64,000 nucleotides of DNA from Torpedo marmorata (Eukaryota): positions 69,564,001 to 69,628,000 of the forward strand of contig OZ360219.1 in NCBI GenBank assembly GCA_977017645.1, given 5' to 3'. Below, piece by piece: positions 61,765-64,000 of the stretch; the first letter of the stretch is position 1, and each line of letters begins with the position of its first letter. The notes beneath the pieces are model-generated. The model was not told where the DNA came from. It did no database searches and saw only the letters and a program-made list of their open reading frames with translations. The translations under genes and the position numbers were made by a program.

Positions 61765-63704
61765 TTTAGTGGTGATATTTATCCTTAAAAATGTAACACC
61801 CTCTACCATCTCCTCCTCATCAATATGGACTGGGACATATGCTCATATCCTGCAATTAGGATCAACTATCATTACAAATCATCTTCTCTGTTAAAGCTGA
61901 GGACAGAAATGGAGGAAAAATTTAAAAGTGTACAGGAAGATAACACAAATATAAGCTTTAACATTTTAAAACATCCCCATAATACATCTCACACCAACAA
62001 AGTTGGTCATTAGAGAAATAGAAATTTTCACCAATCAAGCCTATTTCAGAACATCCCAAAACACTTTACTGCCAGTGAAGTGGTTGTTGAAATGTACTTT
62101 ATTTTGTAAAGTCAGAAATAGAATCCCCAATTTGAGCACTACAATTCACCCATAATTAACAATCTAATATTGATAAAATAACAATGAAAAAGGGATTGGC
62201 TAGGATCCAAGAAGTTATACAGTTCAAAAAATCAGGAATGATCCCTCAACTTCAAATTTAGGATAAATGTTAACTTAAAATATTAGCTGTGCTCTGGATT
62301 TTTTCTAAAAATAAGACAATTTATTTATTTGTCAATTTATGTATCAGTCAACATGATTGAATGATGGAGGAGGCATGAGGGGCTAAACAGCCTATTCCTG
62401 CTTCTATTCTGAATGTATTTGGATCTTGTAAGAGATTAATTCTATTAATGGATATAGATTTTTTTGTGGAGCCTTTCTATCTTAACCATCACTGCATCTC
62501 TCCAATTTTATTTAGATAAAATGATGCAAGCTCAGCATTTGTTTTGAGTCTCATCTTTTATCGAGAATTGTAACTGAATCAAAAGCAGGTATCCAGATAT
62601 TTGAGAAAAGTCTTGTGGTTTAACCTAGTATTACAAATGACATAATCCTATCTATAACTGGCCAGCAGTAAATTTGAGAGCCTTCCTAATTTTAAAGTTA
62701 ATGTAATAATTCTAAGTAGATATCACTAATTAATCCTTAAAACAATACGTATCCTCTGCCTTTTAAGTATTAAGTATCAAGTTAAGGAATCTGTCCACTT
62801 TGAAATAAGAATTAATCTCCCCCTACAGTATTATTTAAAACAAAATGTATAATTTGTATGTGTTAATTGATCTCAAGGGCTCCTGCTTCCCTTATCTTTT
62901 AGGTGCAGGCTAGGCACAATGGAGATGAATATTTCACACAATTTTGTCTTCTTTAGATAACTGCAGCATTTAATCCATATTGAATGACTTTAATAAATTG
63001 GTCACATTATTTATATTTGAAAGTAAACAAATAAGAAAAAAGATACAAATAAATCTCCCAAAGATCAGAGAAAGACCTATGTTGACACATTTGAAACATT
63101 ATATTTTTTTGCCAGATTCAATGCATGTATTAAAATGGAATGGCTGGTCTTAACCTTCCTGGACCTTAAATTTACCTCTCCATTCCTAAGGGGCTTCTGC
63201 CTTTTTGCATTAAATACATAGCTCGGGACAATAAAGGAAGGCAGCCAGGAGGGCCACAATATTTGGGATAGATTTTCTGTTTTCTGAAAATTGATGAGTC
63301 CTCGCCTCTGGGCCATGCTGTTCATTCTAGGGTTGCACCCAGCCCAGTATTCAACCAGGAGCTTGGCACCCAGTCATCATGACATAATAGATTTATCAGT
63401 GCAGGGAGCCAGCTACTGTTATAGAACTGCTTTGACAGCCAATGAGGGTCCACGTCCAGGTGTACTGGATGTCAAGAATATTGGTGTATAATTATTTTTT
63501 TTAAATCTGCAGACACAGGGAATCTGAAATAGAAACAGAAAATGCTGAACAAACTCAGAAGGTCAGGTAGCATCAGTGAAAAGAAAAACATTTAATCAGA
63601 AATGCTTCATCAGAGCTGAGAAAGTGAGAAACAAGAAACAAATAATTGATCAATCTTTCTCTATATGGAAAATTAAAGGTATTGTTTCTTTTGCAAATTT
63701 ATTT

Positions 63705-64000
63705 AAGGAAGGTTGTTTAATGTCTTTTGAACAGCTTGCAAGTAAATATGACTTACCAAATACTCATTTTTTTAGATATTTACATATTAGAAATTTCTTA
63801 AATACCATGTTATTGGATTTTCCATTTGTATATCCACCAGATTTGGTTAATAATATTTTTCAATTGAATCCTTCTCAGAAAGGATTAATTGGAATTATAT
63901 ATGATAGATTATTAAAATTACATCCAGTATTTCATGATAAGATTAAAAAGGCTTGGGAACTGGAACTTACAAGACCCTTATCTGAGGATCTATGCGACAA
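63705..64000 (+). mobile_element. L1 ORF2 C-terminal fragment running off the window
   Basis: Manual translation LMSFEQLASKYDLPNTHFFRYLHIRNFL...IKKAWELEL. Confidence 0.8.

Overview
This is eukaryotic, repeat-dominated vertebrate DNA. The repeat set (CR1/HER1-like LINEs, HE1/V-SINE-like SINEs, Rex1/Babar, AT-rich L1s, Penelope tails) suggests a cartilaginous fish, probably a ray; that assignment is an inference. The only host gene I can recognise is coding exon 1 of CFAP299 (C4orf22) on the minus strand at 41743-41856, with an RFX X-box/ETS promoter. Everything to its left is most likely intron 1, as I found no exon 2. The rest is a deeply nested transposon landscape with many resolvable target-site duplications (TSDs). 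It includes a full-length Gypsy (Mag-like) provirus 80 bp into the CFAP299 intron, two pogo/Passer DD35D transposons with uninterrupted transposase ORFs, a Tc1 IR/DR element, and Harbinger-like and Mutator-like MITEs. It also holds several L1/Tx1, CR1, Rex1 and RLE-type LINEs, Penelope remnants with degenerate hammerhead-like cores, and a solo LTR that, together with its Penelope host, is duplicated as a ~1.3 kb inverted repeat. I see no CRISPR array, rRNA or true tRNA gene, and no clearly new biological system. The best leads are listed as findings. Family names come from motif recognition, not from database searches.
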